This document shows, piece by piece, positions 62,387-64,000 of a stretch of 64,000 nucleotides of DNA. Each line of letters opens with the position of its first letter. Within the stretch, counting starts at the first letter, position 1. The notes below the pieces were generated by a model. That model was not told the origin of the DNA. It worked only from the letters and a program-made list of their open reading frames with translations, and did not search any database. This DNA is from Octopus vulgaris (lineage: Eukaryota): NCBI GenBank assembly GCA_951406725.2, contig OX597820.1, positions 107,570,001 through 107,634,000 on the forward strand. Reading direction: 5' to 3'. The position numbers and the translations under genes were made by a program.

Positions 62387-62903
62387 AATATTAATACTAA
62401 TATTGTTAATAATAATAATAATAATAATATTAATAATATAAATAATAGGAATAAAAAAGTTGAATAATTTTTATAAAACGAAATTTTATAATAATACCAA
62501 TAATTATAAAGATAACATACTCTTAGATTGAACATGTAGAGATAAAAGTAATTGTAAATTTAATAATAAATGTATCATTACTTTAATTAATGAGAATAAT
62601 AAGAATAATAATAACTTAAATGCTATCTATATAGGGTCTACTTCCTCTAAAATTAAATTAAGAGTAGCTCAGCATATGCATTCCTTTAAGAATAGAAATC
62701 TTATGAACTCTACTGGGCTTAGCAAATGCATATGGGAACTTAAATCCCAACGAATTAAGTATAATTTTGCAAGGCGAAATCATATAGTATAGGTAGTAAT
62801 TATTGTTTTTTTATGTTCTAGTGAATTTAAAGAAATATTTAATAATCATAATAAATTAGTTAATTCATTGGACGAGTGTAAAATTAAATGTAGACACAAA
62901 TGA
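62192..62903 (+). mobile_element. Naiad-type Penelope-like element, zinc finger + GIY-YIG part (right of the Tx1 insertion)
   Basis: *TCRDKSNCKFNNKC, IYIGST..KLRVAQHMHSF..STGLSKCIWELK, CFLCSSE, and KCRHK followed by a stop. Confidence 0.8.
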
Positions 62904-64000
62904 ATTTACTTATATAATAAATTTTTAGATAAATAGCAACTATATTTAAACCCTATTTTTGTTTCTAATTTGTAGTTATATTTTGTACTATTATTAATTC
63001 TATAATTTAGCATGTGATTATATATTGTATATTACATAATTTAATAAGTCTAAATTAATAAACTATTAATTAATTAATATAGTAGTGTTGTGATTGCACT
63101 TCTGTAGGTGGTTTGAATATAAGTCAATACAAGTTAGTAAAGGTTTTTTAAATACTTAGAGTTAGATTATATTTAGATGTTTATTTAATTACTAAATATA
63201 TAATTTATTTAATGAACATAGTTTAAAAGATAGTTATTTCATTAATTTTTTTTGTTATTGTTGTGGTTGATATTATTATTATTATGCTTATTATATGTCT
63301 ACTAAAATTAATAGTATTAAGTATATATATATATTTTTGGTAATAGTTTTAGTAACATTAAATAAATAATTTTGAATATGTAGTAAAATATTTTTTTCTT
63401 TATGTACTATTTATTTATAATGATAATATGTACTTTATTTATTTAATTAATGAGCAAAGTATTTGATCTAAATATAAATTACTTTACTTATATAATAAGT
63501 TTAATTTATTATTTTAGCATTTGTTTTGAATATTATTATAATATATAATATATATTTGTTGTAATTGACAGTTAAGCTTATAGATTGTAATAAATTTTTT
63601 TTATATATTAATCAAAATGTATTTATATTATATATTTCGAATTAGATTTATTTAGGTGTTTATTTAATTAATTAATATTATTTATTAATGAATATTAATT
63701 ACATTATAGTTTTTGAATCAACTTAAATTTATTAATTAGTAGTTATAGTATAGATACTGATTGAATTAGTGAGTTAATATAGAATGTGTCTAAAAGTTGT
63801 TTTGTTTAATATAAGATTTGGCTCTAACATAACCATATTTATATATATGAAATAAATTAATTTGTATAAGATTATTAGAGAATATACAATAAATAGTAGT
63901 TATATAAATTATTTTAATTTATAGAGTTTTGAGTATAATTTATCGTACTTAATTTAAAATTTTAGTTTTATAGTGAAAGATATAGTGTATAGTGATTTTA
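62904..64000. other. Extremely AT-rich low-complexity DNA, possibly the 3' region of the Naiad element
   Basis: Composition only. No ORF or terminal motif recognised. Confidence 0.35.

Noticed and set aside
62904-64000. SECIS or hammerhead downstream of the Naiad ORF
   Set aside because: Several ATGA motifs occur, but none has a convincing helix, AA loop and GA partner by eye. A computational search is needed.

Overview
AT-rich eukaryotic (animal) DNA dominated by transposon remnants and (TA)n/(CA)n/(AAT)n microsatellites. The SINE and RTE repeat content resembles what I recall for Octopus/cephalopod genomes, but that is an inference and was not checked. The only host protein-coding gene I can support is a full-length 875-aa GRAF/ARHGAP26-family RhoGAP (BAR-PH-RhoGAP-SH3) at 32484-35111 (-). 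It is encoded by one uninterrupted ORF and preceded by a 47-codon upstream ORF. The rest is nested mobile DNA: a complete ~4.05-kb Gypsy element with paired 251-bp LTRs and a 5-bp TSD; a second, broken Gypsy; a near full-length Tx1/L1 inserted in an (AAT)n tract inside a Naiad-type Penelope element; several other Penelope-like elements with hammerhead motifs; five or more RTE LINE copies; a CR1 LINE; R4/Dong fragments; tRNA-derived SINEs; non-autonomous Helitrons; Tc1/mariner elements; and hAT-like and Merlin-like MITEs. The most interesting leads are the intronless GRAF, a repeated G3-C8 variant hammerhead ribozyme, an in-frame TGA at a zinc-finger Cys position of the Naiad element, a possible self-priming Gypsy, and a PHD finger inside the RTE reverse transcriptase. 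All coordinates and alignments were done by eye, and boundaries of decayed repeats are approximate.
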